A program made the translations under genes and the position numbers. A stretch of DNA of 62,511 nt, counting the filler, from Jimgerdemannia flammicorona (taxonomy: Eukaryota): NCBI GenBank assembly GCA_003990765.1. It is 2 parts of 2 records of this genome, joined end to end, with 100 filler letters (N's around TTAATTAATTAA, not from the genome) between each part and the next. Parts side by side here need not be neighbours in the genome. Positions count along the whole stretch, not along the records: positions 31,316 to 62,511 come from RBNJ01000409.1; 1 more part is not named here. The stretch is one strand, 5' to 3'. The first letter of the stretch is position 1; each line of letters starts with the position of its first letter. The notes beneath the pieces were generated by a model that saw nothing but the letters and a program-made list of their open reading frames with translations, was not told where the DNA came from and searched no databases. Shown here one piece after another: positions 33,192 to 44,149 of this stretch.

Positions 33192-36100
33192 GATGTGATA
33201 ATGCTGGGGACCCATCAGGTGCAATTCGGCATTCCAGAGGTAATGAACAGGGGTCATGTGGTGGCAGTCGGGGAGGAGGAACTGGTGGATGTCCTGGAGG
33301 TGTGAGATGAGGCTGTGAGTGCTGGAGCTGACACCACAATACTGGATGGAGGGAGGCCAGCGACCCCTGGAGGGAAGGAGGTGGGGAACCTACTTTGGAT
33401 GTGCAGGATGATGAATAACCTGGTAGCAGAAGAGTTGGGGGAGGTGGACTTGCGAGTGATGGGTGATGAGCACTAGACATGGATTTTGTAGGGGAATAGA
33501 GTGGTGATGGCATTGAAGGTGGAAATTCTCACAGTATATCTGGAGGAGAAAGGATATGAGGTGGACAAGGAGCGGGAGGCAGAGATGGTGGTTATTGCTG
33601 GGGAGTGGGCTGAGTACTGTTGGAACAAGCATCATAGATTGCAGCTTTGGCAGAAGGCTTGCATTGAGTACAGAGAGGAGTTTGAGGAGAAGGCAGATGG
33701 GGAGATGAATGAGCTGTTGGCTGGATTGGAGGCTCAGAGGGCTGAAGAGGAGGGCAGAACATAATCTGGATACAGCACAGGAGAAGATAAGCATAGAGCA
33801 GTAGAGATCAACTAATAAAAAATCGTATTTCATTATGAACAGTACAACCAACATTTTTTCTTTGAATGTGAATGGGCTGCAGGGCACTATTAGATGTAGG
33901 AACATTTTTATTTGGCTGAAGGGATTGAAGGCCAATCTCTTCCTCTTGCAGGATGTCAGGTGTGAGGATAATTCTGATAGGATGGAATAGACAAAGGAAT
34001 GGGGTGGCATGGTGATTTGGAATAGCAAGGTTGGGATTCTGGTTCAGAAAGGCAGAGGGGAGATAAGAGATGTGAGGAGCTGGGGGGAGAGACTGGTCTG
34101 GGGTGAGTAGATTGGTACAGGCTGAGAGCCAGTTACAGTTGGCTCCTATTACTGCCCTGCCATACAGGGGGAGCATATAGATTAGGTGAAGGGTCTCCAG
34201 GAGAGTGGGATCCTTGCAGAGGCTGGGGTGGATATGCTTGGGGGAGATTTCAATATGGTTCGGGATATACAGATAGATAGAACTAATAGAGGATGGGGTG
34301 CTGAGAGCAGGAGTGGGGGGCTGGTGATGTGGGAGAAAGTCAAAAGACTAGGAGTGCTAGTAGATGCTGGTAGGGAGTACTGGGGGGATAGGAGGGTATA
34401 TATGCATTGGGCTGGAGGCCTGGGGACAAGGATTGACTGGATTCTGATGGCCAACTGTTGGGGCCAAGATGTTTGGAAGTCACTGGAGGTGAAATGGTGT
34501 CCATGGTCAGATCACTGGGGCCTTTTGGAACAGGGGTGCTTTGGGGGAAGTGGAGATGGGCCTGGACATTAGTGCCTAAATTCCTCCTTATTAGATGATG
34601 AGTCCTGGTGGGAGGAGTAGGCTAAAGACATTCAGCTGAGGGTGGAGAACTGGCAGCAGGAAGGGGCCTCGATTGGGGTTTGGTGAATGAGAATGAAAGA
34701 GATGGCCAGGATGTACTGGAGTGAGGCTGGCAGAGAGGCAGGGAAGCAGCGAAGGCAGAGAGTGCATTGGACTTCTACTAGATTGGCTCGGCTTCTGGAG
34801 GAGTGGGCGAGACTGGTGATAGTGGAGAGAGAAGAAGATTAGAGAATAATGAGAGCGAAGATAGAGATTGGAGAACTACAACAGGTGCTGCGGGAAGAGG
34901 AAGAGGCAAGGGTGCAAGGCCTGGTGGCACGGCTTCATTGGCAGGGGCTGGAGGAAGGGGAGAGGCCTTCCAAGTTTCTCATGAAGACCCTTAGGGTGAG
35001 AAGGGTACAGCAGTGGTGGGAAGGGATACTTGACTCAGATGGTGTACTAGTGCATAGTGTACAGGATATCCTTGGATTACTGAAGAAGTGATGGAGTGGA
35101 TTGTGGAGTGAGGAGGAGGGTGGGGCAGATGCTACTGCCATTGACCAAATATTAGAGGATTGGTACCCACCACAAATTGAGGGACTAGGTGACCTGGTGA
35201 TGTCTGTAAAGGAGGATGAGATTCACCAGGTTCTTACTGCGACAGCCTCAGGTACAGCACCTGGGGAGGATGGCCTACCCTGGGACTTCTGGAAGCGAAT
35301 GGTTGGAGTCCCAGGTGTGATGGGAGAGTTGATGGCACTGTGTGACTTTATATTGCAGACAGGGAGATGGATGAGGGAGCAGGATCTTGGGCTGGTGATG
35401 CTGCTTTATAAGAACAGAGGAAGGCAAGAGGATTGGAAGAACTGGCAGCCAATAATGTTGCTAGATATGGATAGAAAGTTGGTGACTAAGGTGGTGGTTG
35501 CAAGGCTACAGAAGGTAGTCCAGCAGATTGTAGATGTTGAGCAGAGGGGATTTGTGGGTGGTCGGCTCATTAGAGATGGCACAACCTGGGTATATGGAGC
35601 TATTAAAGGAGCTAGAGCCTGTGGACTAGATGGGCATCTTGTCTTCTTGGACCAGGAGAAGGCTTATGACCAGATGCGATGAGTCTGACTGGCAAAAGTA
35701 TTAGATAGAATTGGGGTTCCAGTCCAATTTCGGTCAGCAATGGTCAGCCTACTGGAAGGGAGTAGGGCTGCACTCATGTGTAATGGGCATAGAGGGGTAG
35801 CATTCCCTCTGGGTAGGGGGGTACCCCAGGGGGACCCACTGTCTCTCATTTTGTATACTCTTTCCTTGGAACCCCTAATGGACAGAATTCGACAGAGAAT
35901 AGTGGGGCTCTCTATCTATGGCATTGGTTGGAAAGTTGGGGCCTTTGCAGATGACATGGTGGTTGGTTTGGGATTGATTGCTGATGTCGAGGAGCTTAAG
36001 AAGACAGTGGAGTGGTATGAGGAGAACTCTGGGGCAAAGCTGAATTGGCACAAGTGTGAAACAATGATGCTGGGTAATGGTCTGGTGGGAGGAGAAGTTA

Positions 36101-37558
36101 TTGGAACAATTGTCTCCACCAGTGAGGCAGTGCAGTACTTGGGCATCTATCTGTTGATCTATGGGTCAGTTCTGCCCAGGCTGTAATGGGAGCAGCAAAT
36201 TGGAATTTGGGAGGAGGACCTGTGGGGTTGGGGGGAAAGACACTTTTCTCTGATGAGAAGGATCTCAATTTTGAATGTATACTGGCTGCCAAAGCTGCAG
36301 TATTTGGCTTATCATCTGGACTTCCCAGCCTGGGTGGTGAAGAGATTGGTAAAGGTGACCAAGGGATGGATTTGGACTGGCAGACAGAGTCAGATCAGTT
36401 GGGAGACTTTGTCCCTACCAGTGGCAAGAGGTGGTCTTGGGCTGGTGGACTTTTCTAAACGACTACACTACTTGAGGGCATGGTGGCTTAAGAGGGTGGT
36501 GGAGTTGTGAGAAGGGGGTTGGGTTCCCCTGCTGCAGAAGGTCTAGAAGAGGTGGTCATTACTGAGAGACTCAACTGGTGATCTTCTCTCATTGGTTAGA
36601 CTTCAGAACACTGCACAATTGCAATATAAAGGTTTCTGGTGGAGGATAGCAGAGGGGGTACACTGTATTGGTATTCGCTGGCAGGAGAATAAGAGGGAGG
36701 AGGATTGGGACCCGGCAATGTGGAGATGAGATGGTATACTACTGGGCAGTGTACCTTTACTTGGGTTTAATATTGGTGATGGAATAGAATGCCAAAGGGG
36801 ACCAGGCCAGGATCTGTGGCCTAGCAGTTGGCAAGGAGTTGGAATTGGAGAGGAGTGGGACTGGTATGGTGTTTGGACCTAGAGTACCACAGTGCAAAAA
36901 TGGATGCTGCCAAAGTACTGGGTGGTCTAGTGGCATATGCTGAGAAGGAATATGATGCTCAACTTCTGCTCAGGGCACCTTATCATAGGGGGTTGCTTCA
37001 ACTGTAAGGAGTGCCATAATGTAGGGCAGGAAGGGGGCTTTGTACAGATATCAGAACATTGGCTAGGAGAGTGTGAGGTGTTGGGAGACTTTTGGCAGGC
37101 CATCAGAGACCGCTTGGGGGTGAGGCATAGGAGAGATGAAATATGGGGGAGGTGGGAGGACCTGAGGGATCAATTGGTAGGAGGGGTAGGAAAGAAGTAG
37201 ATTACCTTAGGCTGAGCATTGGCTATTTGGATTGGGCTGGCCAGTTACTGGCTATTTGTTTTTGAGGATGAGAGGCGACAGAGCTTGGAGAGCCAGTTAT
37301 TATGGTAGCAGAGCCTTATGGAGGACACCTTGACAGACTGGTGGCTTGGTTGGGGGCTGCAGGGGGGTTGAAGGTGCCAATTGATAGAGAAAATCTATGG
37401 TCAGAGTAGTGGGAGAGTTGGAGTCATTGGTGAGAGGGTGATCTTTATCCATGGAGGGGCTCCCCTATGGAGATCGGATAGTGGGTGGTGATATTGTATA
37501 CTTATTCATAGACTGGTAATAAAGATGGAGTCCAAGTAACTATAAAAAAAAAAAAAAA
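33192..37558 (+). mobile_element. 5'-truncated LINE (L1/Tx1-like)
   Basis: TSD ATATAGTTATCATA (33178-33191 and 37560-37573), poly(A) tail, 3' end of ORF1 (to 33764) and ORF2. Confidence 0.92.
33835..37481 (+). pseudogene. LINE ORF2 (APE endonuclease, RT, C-terminal Cys/His motif)
   Basis: MNSTTNIFSLNVNGL, GGDFN, TRIDW, SDH (APE); APGEDG, FLDQEKAYD, RGVPQGDPLS, AFADD at 35941, YLG; CFNCKEC...EHWLGEC. The end is approximate. Confidence 0.9.
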
Positions 37559-37578
37559 GATATAGTTATCATATATAT

Positions 37579-39255
37579 TGTGACAAGCAGTAGAATTTTA
37601 CTGCCAAAATTATAAATTAGCTATATACTATATCTAGTATACTAAGTAACTAAGACTGCTTTACTGTGCCAACCTATGTAATTAGTTAGAAATATCAGAA
37701 ATAGTATATTTATCTATACTGAACTAGTATATTATACTAGTCCAGTATACTATACCAAACTAGTATACTGTACTGGTCTAGTATACTATACCATCCAAGA
37801 ATACTTATTATAAATAGTTATTTATAATTAGCTATATAATAATCAGATATGTAGTAGCCACAACTATATAAAATACCCCAGAGACAATAGTGAATAAACC
37901 TCAGTTCAAAATTAAATCTAAAGTAATAGCTTTCCTTTTCACTCTGGTCTACTTTTTAATATAAAGCTTGAGATTTACTACTAAAGTTCAAGTAAAAAAC
38001 TTTAAAGAGAAATCTACTACTTAAGGAATAAGCTGTCTTTCAAGAAGTCTACTATATTTTTAATTCACTTATCAGATAAGCCTGAAGTCCCTCTTATTAC
38101 AAAGCTAGTCTGTTAATACAACTTTATAGTAGAGCCAGTCCATCTAATATAACTCTATATAAATAAAGCTAGTCTTGATATAACTTTATCAAGAGAAGAG
38201 AAGAAAATCTGAGTTATTTTTCAGAGAAGCTCACTGATTCAGGAAGAATCTATATCATTCAAGTTATCTAAGTTATTATTTGAGAAACCTGTTATTTCCA
38301 GAGAGTTCATTATAAGAAATCTTGCTATAAGCTAGTCTCTTGATATAACTTTGCCAAAAATCTGCCATCTGAGTTCTCTAAGTTATCTGAGTTATTAAGT
38401 TATTTGTTATTTCCACAAGAGCCCACTGATTTAGGAGAATCTACACTATCTGAGTTATTTTCCAGAACCCCACTAATTTAGAAGAAATCTGCATCATTTA
38501 CTATTTTTGAGTTATCTAAGTTATCTAAATTATTCAAGAAGTTCACTGATTTAGAAAAATCTGTACCAAATCAAGTTATCTACAGAAATTGTATACTTTT
38601 GAAAATGAGATCATCATGCTATATAAGAAGATTATTATGTAAAATTGTATACTTTTGGAGATCATCACCTAAGAAAGAAACTGCTAAATTGCCAGATTAT
38701 CTTATATAAAGAATCCTGCTCATGCTATATAAAGATTGCTACTATTATATGAAATTACCACTATACCCAAGAACTATCTCAATAAGGAAATTAACTATTA
38801 TATCCAGATTGCTTATTATACTACTGAAAACTAATAAGGAATCTAGAATATTTTATTACTTTTTGACAAAGTAACTAGAGACTCAAGCTAACTATATTAA
38901 CTCTCAATCTTGTAATTTGCCTCAATTGAGCCAGATACATTACAATAGGGAGGCTTTTGTACCATTTGATATATCATTGATTATATAAAGATTACCTTAT
39001 TTTGATATTATTAAAATTTTCTTATTATTCTTTAGACTATATATAATTAATCTCTTTAGATATATATATATTTCTTTATTACTATAGGTCATAATTTTGC
39101 TAATTGAGAAGAGGTTCTTTCCTATCATCAAAGTATATATAGTATATCTTAAAAAGTACTAATGAGTTCTGTGATATTTCTATAAAGATATATACTAATA
39201 TTTACTTTCTCTTAAATATAGATAATATTGTTATCTTCTAACTTAATATATATGT
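37579..39255 (+). mobile_element. Decayed gypsy relic (LTR-like part plus RT remnant) hosting element B
   Basis: TATA/AATAAA core at 37854-37905. About 39215-39240 reads like (Y)xD(D)IVIF and appears to continue after 52235. Confidence 0.4.
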
Positions 39256-39387
39256 TGTGATATATACAATTGACAATGGAGTACTGGTGACTGCTAAGAT
39301 CAGACGACATAATGGCGTGACAATCAAATAGATAGCCTGACCCATTAGGTGATCATCCCAAAAGAAGACAAGATGATCCGAGCCAAA

Positions 39388-40449
39388 ATGAAGACCACAT
39401 TATTTAAGGAACCATACTCCGCCTCAGGGATTGGTACCAAAGAACCAAGTACCCACCACACAATGCCTCCCATTCGCCGATCCAACCAGACCTCCCGCCG
39501 CTCTATCCCTTTGCCTGGCCCAAAGACCCTGATCTTTGAAGCTATCAAGAAGGCCATCTGGCGCCCAGATACTTCTGAACACTTGAACTTCTACACTGAG
39601 GACCTTGGACACTTCATCAACTACCAGTATATAATGACCCAACAGCTCAAAGATACTACCGAACGAATGACCCTCTGGTATGACTATGAAATCGGACACT
39701 GCCTTTGCAATGAGACTTAAGAAGACAACCGAGAAGGCCTTATTACCGAATTGATAACCACTAGCCAGCTAATCAAGAGAGCCCTCTGTGTCTACCAAAT
39801 CTTCTACCATATTCCCTGGGCCATAGCACACTTGCAAGGAGTAACAGCTGGCAGCCTCTCCTGCCTTTCAACTGAAGATACTGACTGGATAGAATCTGAA
39901 GTAGCCAACTCTATTGGCAGCAACCGCGTCGCCATAGGAAGCCAACAAACCGAACCTACTCAGCCAGGTTTCCATACCACCCTACTCCAAGACAACCATC
40001 AAGGTCACCTAATGAGTCTTATGGAGATATTTGAAGGACCACTCATTACCATAGAAGCACCCGTTAGAGCTACCCCAACCACCCACCACCCTGCCAGCCA
40101 CAATTCACATCTCATCATTTGGGAACCGAATCAAGAAGAAGCCCAAGAGGTCCCTGTCTTTAAAGAGGAAGCCCAAGAACTCTAAGACCCTGCCCCTGAA
40201 GAAACCCCCTCTGACACTGAAACTGACGAGTTTTCAGAAGAAGAAGAGGAGCAACAGAGAGTCTACCAGTCCTCTGTCCACATTCAAGTTGTTCAAGGGT
40301 TGGAGAATGTTGTTGAAGATGACTGGCCACTTTTCTACCCCCTCACCTCTTGGCTGGCGCTTCCCCCTTTTGAGGAGAGGTATGATGAAGAAGAAATCTT
40401 AACCCAGCAAGATTTGCCCACCATGGATGAAGGGTACTATTTCCTCTAG
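39388..40449 (+). pseudogene. LTR-encoded ORF of family B (5' LTR copy, two CAA->TAA stops)
   Basis: Same length (1062 nt) and frame structure as the intact 49815-50876 copy. Confidence 0.8.
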
Positions 40450-40494
40450 AAGCACCACCTGTCAGTCATGAGAATTGTGCAGCCTTCATGTCAG

Positions 40495-40716
40495 CAAGTC
40501 AGCAAGTCCGAATCCAGCATTGCTACCCAGCACAACCATTTTCAGTGTTTTGTCAGCAAGTCCAAATCCAGTGTTGCTACCCAGCACAACCATTTTCAGC
40601 ATTTTGTCAGCAAGTCTGAATCCAGCATTGCTGCCTAGCACAACCATTTCCAGTGTTGCTACCCAGTGCCACTGTTTTCAGCATTTTGTCAGCAAGTCCG
40701 AATCCAGCATTGCTAT
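40495..40716 (+). repeat. 54-bp tandem repeats in LTR B U3 (also at ~50925-51142)
   Basis: Unit GTCAGCAAGTCCGAATCCAGCATTGCTACCCAGCACAACCATTTTCAGCATTTT, about 3.5 copies. Confidence 0.85.
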
Positions 40717-41811
40717 CCCCTATAACTCAATCCATAGTAAACAATGGCCTGTACCTCACATCGTGCAAGCCAATAGCATAGCAAATGTTCGCCACAATGT
40801 AGTATACCTTAGCTGCATCCATAGCTAGCAAACTTGTATAAATAACCCATATTCTTAGAGTGAATAAACCTCAGTCAGTTTGTGTTTAAAAGTAAAAAGG
40901 ATTATAAAGAAACCACTGCCTCCAAGAGACCGGAAAATTCTGAGAACAAGATAACAATCTAGAGCAACGGATCGCTTGGAAGTTTGAGTTAAGGAATTTC
41001 TCTTACCGCCTGAATTTCAAGTTTTGCCACCACAAAAAGGATTCAAGACCACGAACTGCCCACAAGTCAGTCAGTTTATATTTAAAAGTAAAAAGGATTA
41101 TAAAGAAACCACTGCCTCCAAGAGACCAGATAAATTCTGAGAACAAGATAACTAGAGCAACAATTGCTTGAGGTTTGAGTTAAAGAATTTTCTCTTGCCA
41201 TGGAAAGAAAACATTACCCGACCGCCACCATTTGGACCATGCATTCGACCACCATTCGAGACCTGAGACCCAGCCAAGGATTCAAGACACAACTGCCATG
41301 CATTCAGACTGCCATTCGGACTGCGCATTCGACTGCCATTCAAGATTCAAGACCCAGAAACCCAAGGATACCCAGCCAAAGGATACTAGACTGCCAAAGA
41401 CCGACCCGCTGCCAAAGACTTGAACAACTGCCAGGAACCTTTCAAGTTAACAAGTCAAGATGGACGAGTGAGCTGTCAACCTCTGTTTTCTCAACCTACT
41501 GTGCCACGAACTGCTTAAAGCCAAGCCCGTCATCGCTGCATAAATTCAAGTTCGCTGCCAAGTTATTCGCCGCCCTTTTCCACTAAAGAATTGAGCCATT
41601 GATGTCCTGAGCCAACGAACAATTGAATGACCTCCCCATCGAACAAATCGAAGTTCTGCTATTATCAAATATTGCATGTTTCGAATGACCTGATCACGTG
41701 ACTATCGACCCGTAACCATCGCGAATGCACTCACATCTATCGCGTGCTTCACCAAGTGGCACATTGAGCCATGACAGAAGCAACTAGGGATATAAACCCA
41801 ATGCCACATTT

Positions 41812-41828
41812 TGGAGGCTCAACTGGGA
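41812..41828 (+). promoter_or_regulatory. Primer-binding site (possibly tRNA-Gln)
   Basis: TGGAGGCTCAACTGGGA lies 3 nt after the LTR end. It resembles the TGGAGGTTCCACCGAGA-type complement of tRNA-Gln. Confidence 0.55.
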
Positions 41829-41877
41829 AAGTTTTCAAAAGACTTGACCATTTGGCTCAAGAACCCAGCTATCTACA

Positions 41878-44100
41878 GTGGAGAACTTAGCAGGACCAAG
41901 TCAGCAACCAAACCAGGGGCAGCAACAGCCCTCCTCAGCAGAAAAGAAAGCCCACACCCTTGTCAGAACAGTAGCCAGGACCCTACTCAACACCAGTAGC
42001 CAGAAAACTGAATCAGAAGAAAGAAGTGACCCAGATTACAGTTTGACTTCAAGAGAAAGGAGACAACTCAGAGGGCAATCAGAACCCCCCCTTCAGATCC
42101 AAGACTTAGGCCAAGAAGAAGAAGAGGATATCCCCAAGGAGTATCAGACCCTTATCCATAGGAAGAACTCAGACAGAAGTGACTACATAACTACTGTTGT
42201 TACTCGAGTCACTCCACTAGACTAGGTAAACTTTGAAACATCAGAAGGAGAAGAGGACTACCATCCATATCAACCAGAGCAAGATGATGATTGGGGATCA
42301 GACCATCAAAGGGATGAATTCAACCTATACTATTATCCAGACAGCAACACTGACCCACAACAGGGTGAACAAGACTTCACTACTTCACAACAGTAAGGGG
42401 CAGATGAACTCACTATCAGTTATATCAGTCCACTCCCACCATCAGTTGCTCGAACTTCAGTACCCTGGTCACTCACACCTCGCCACTATCACCAGTTTAT
42501 TAGAAGATCTCCACCACTACCCAGGACTTCAACTCCAGCATTAATTAGAAGAGCCAGATTACCCTCACCCTCACCAAGACACCACCCTCTGCCAGCACTA
42601 CTAGATCATCAAGTACTAGCACCACCACCTTCTCCATCACCCCAAGGATCTGCCAGATCCCCCACCCCTGAACAATACTCAGATAGTGAAGACAAGCCAG
42701 ACATGAGCTACCTTCAGAAGTTCCATGGTGCAGACAATGAAGATATTGAGGAATTCTTTGGAGAAATTGAAGTTCAAGCAGCTGCCAAACAATGGGATGC
42801 TGCAAGAAAACTCAGAATTGTGGAGTCACTCCTGAGAGGACCAGCCCTACAGAGATATAATCAAGCCAAGCAAGCTGGAGGAGGAATCCATATAGAGGAA
42901 CTGAATGATGGCCTTCAACCTGATAGAAACCATGTAGCAAGGTACATAATTCACAAGGCCTGGCTCTGTGCCCAGTTCAATGGATTCGAGCACCAACAAG
43001 AAGTACAGGAGGCTTTAACCTATATGAGCCAAGCTGCCAATGAAACCCCCAAGAGTTTCTACCATCGGATTCAAGCTCAGATGATCAAGGCAAACCTTCA
43101 ACCAGCAGTCCAACTGGCCCTAGCCTCAACTACCTTCCTCAATGGCTTATACCCAGAACTCCAAAGGCAAGTTATCAGGATGGGATATCGAAACATTGAA
43201 CAGCAAGTTGCTGGAGCACAAGGATGTTGGGAAGCAGATTATAGATCAGTACAATAAGTACAAGGCTATTCTGAGCCAATCCGAGCTGAAACCCCAAGGA
43301 CCTGAGGAACAACCATGGAGCAAGAGAATGCCTTCCTCAGAGCCCAGATAGCCAACTATGAGGACAGACCAGCACCTACAAATCTGACTCCATTCAGGCA
43401 ACCACAGCAGCAGCCACCATCAAGAGTTCAAGAAGACCCCATGACAACACTCACCAAGCAAATAAAGGACCTGGCCATCGCGGTTGCCCAGCTGAAGAAC
43501 CAAGGTAGAAGACAATAGGACTACCATCATGATAACAGACCAGACTACTGGCAACAAGACAACAGAGGTCCTGCCCCCGCACTACCAGCTACAACTACAG
43601 CCTCATCATCAACTGGTTCCTATGGTCCCACCTGCTTTACCTGTGGAAATCAAGGCCATATCCAGAGGAATTGTCCAAGGAACCAATCCACCCAGTCCAA
43701 TGACAGAAATGTCAACCTCTTTCAGGTAGATGAAGAGACTCAGGAAATGGAAGAAGAAGCAGCCTGGCTCCATGGTCAAGAAGATGACATCTACCCATAC
43801 TTCAAGGCTTTTCCATCCAAGGTGATATGGGAAGCTACCCCCACAGAGACTAGAGGATGAGGAAGACCATGAAGGAACCCCCCACCTCAACTACCAGTAA
43901 CAGTATCCACCAGTAAGTATCCATGACATGGCCATTCTTCTTCAGATACTCCACAAGAACAGAAGAAGCGAGTTAGAAGAGATACTCCTGAACCAGAAGC
44001 CAGACCATCTAGGACAACCCCCAGCTCTACCCTGCCAGACCTTGAAGAAGATGAGCATATGAGCATAGAATCTTTAGCTGATGAAATGCCCATCAGGAAT
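41878..44100 (+). pseudogene. gag: Element B gag
   Basis: LQKFHGADNEDIEEFF...LLRGPALQRY; QAANETPKSFYHRI; FLNGL; CCHC CFTCGNQGHIQRNC at 43633-43674. Ends are approximate. Confidence 0.85.
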
Positions 44101-44149
44101 GAGAGACTAAACCCCAAGGGACCAAGACACCGAAGAAGCAGCAAGCCCC

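Larger units (their letters stand above)
39256..41808 (+). repeat. Element B 5' LTR (2553 bp)
   Basis: TGTGAT...GCCACA, colinear with 49683-52235. TATAAATA at 40837 and AATAAA at 40863. Confidence 0.95.

Noticed and set aside
40475..40828. 117-aa ORF after the LTR B gene (also 50902-51255)
   Set aside because: It has a TTG start, and its openness is explained by the 54-bp (multiple of 3) tandem repeat.
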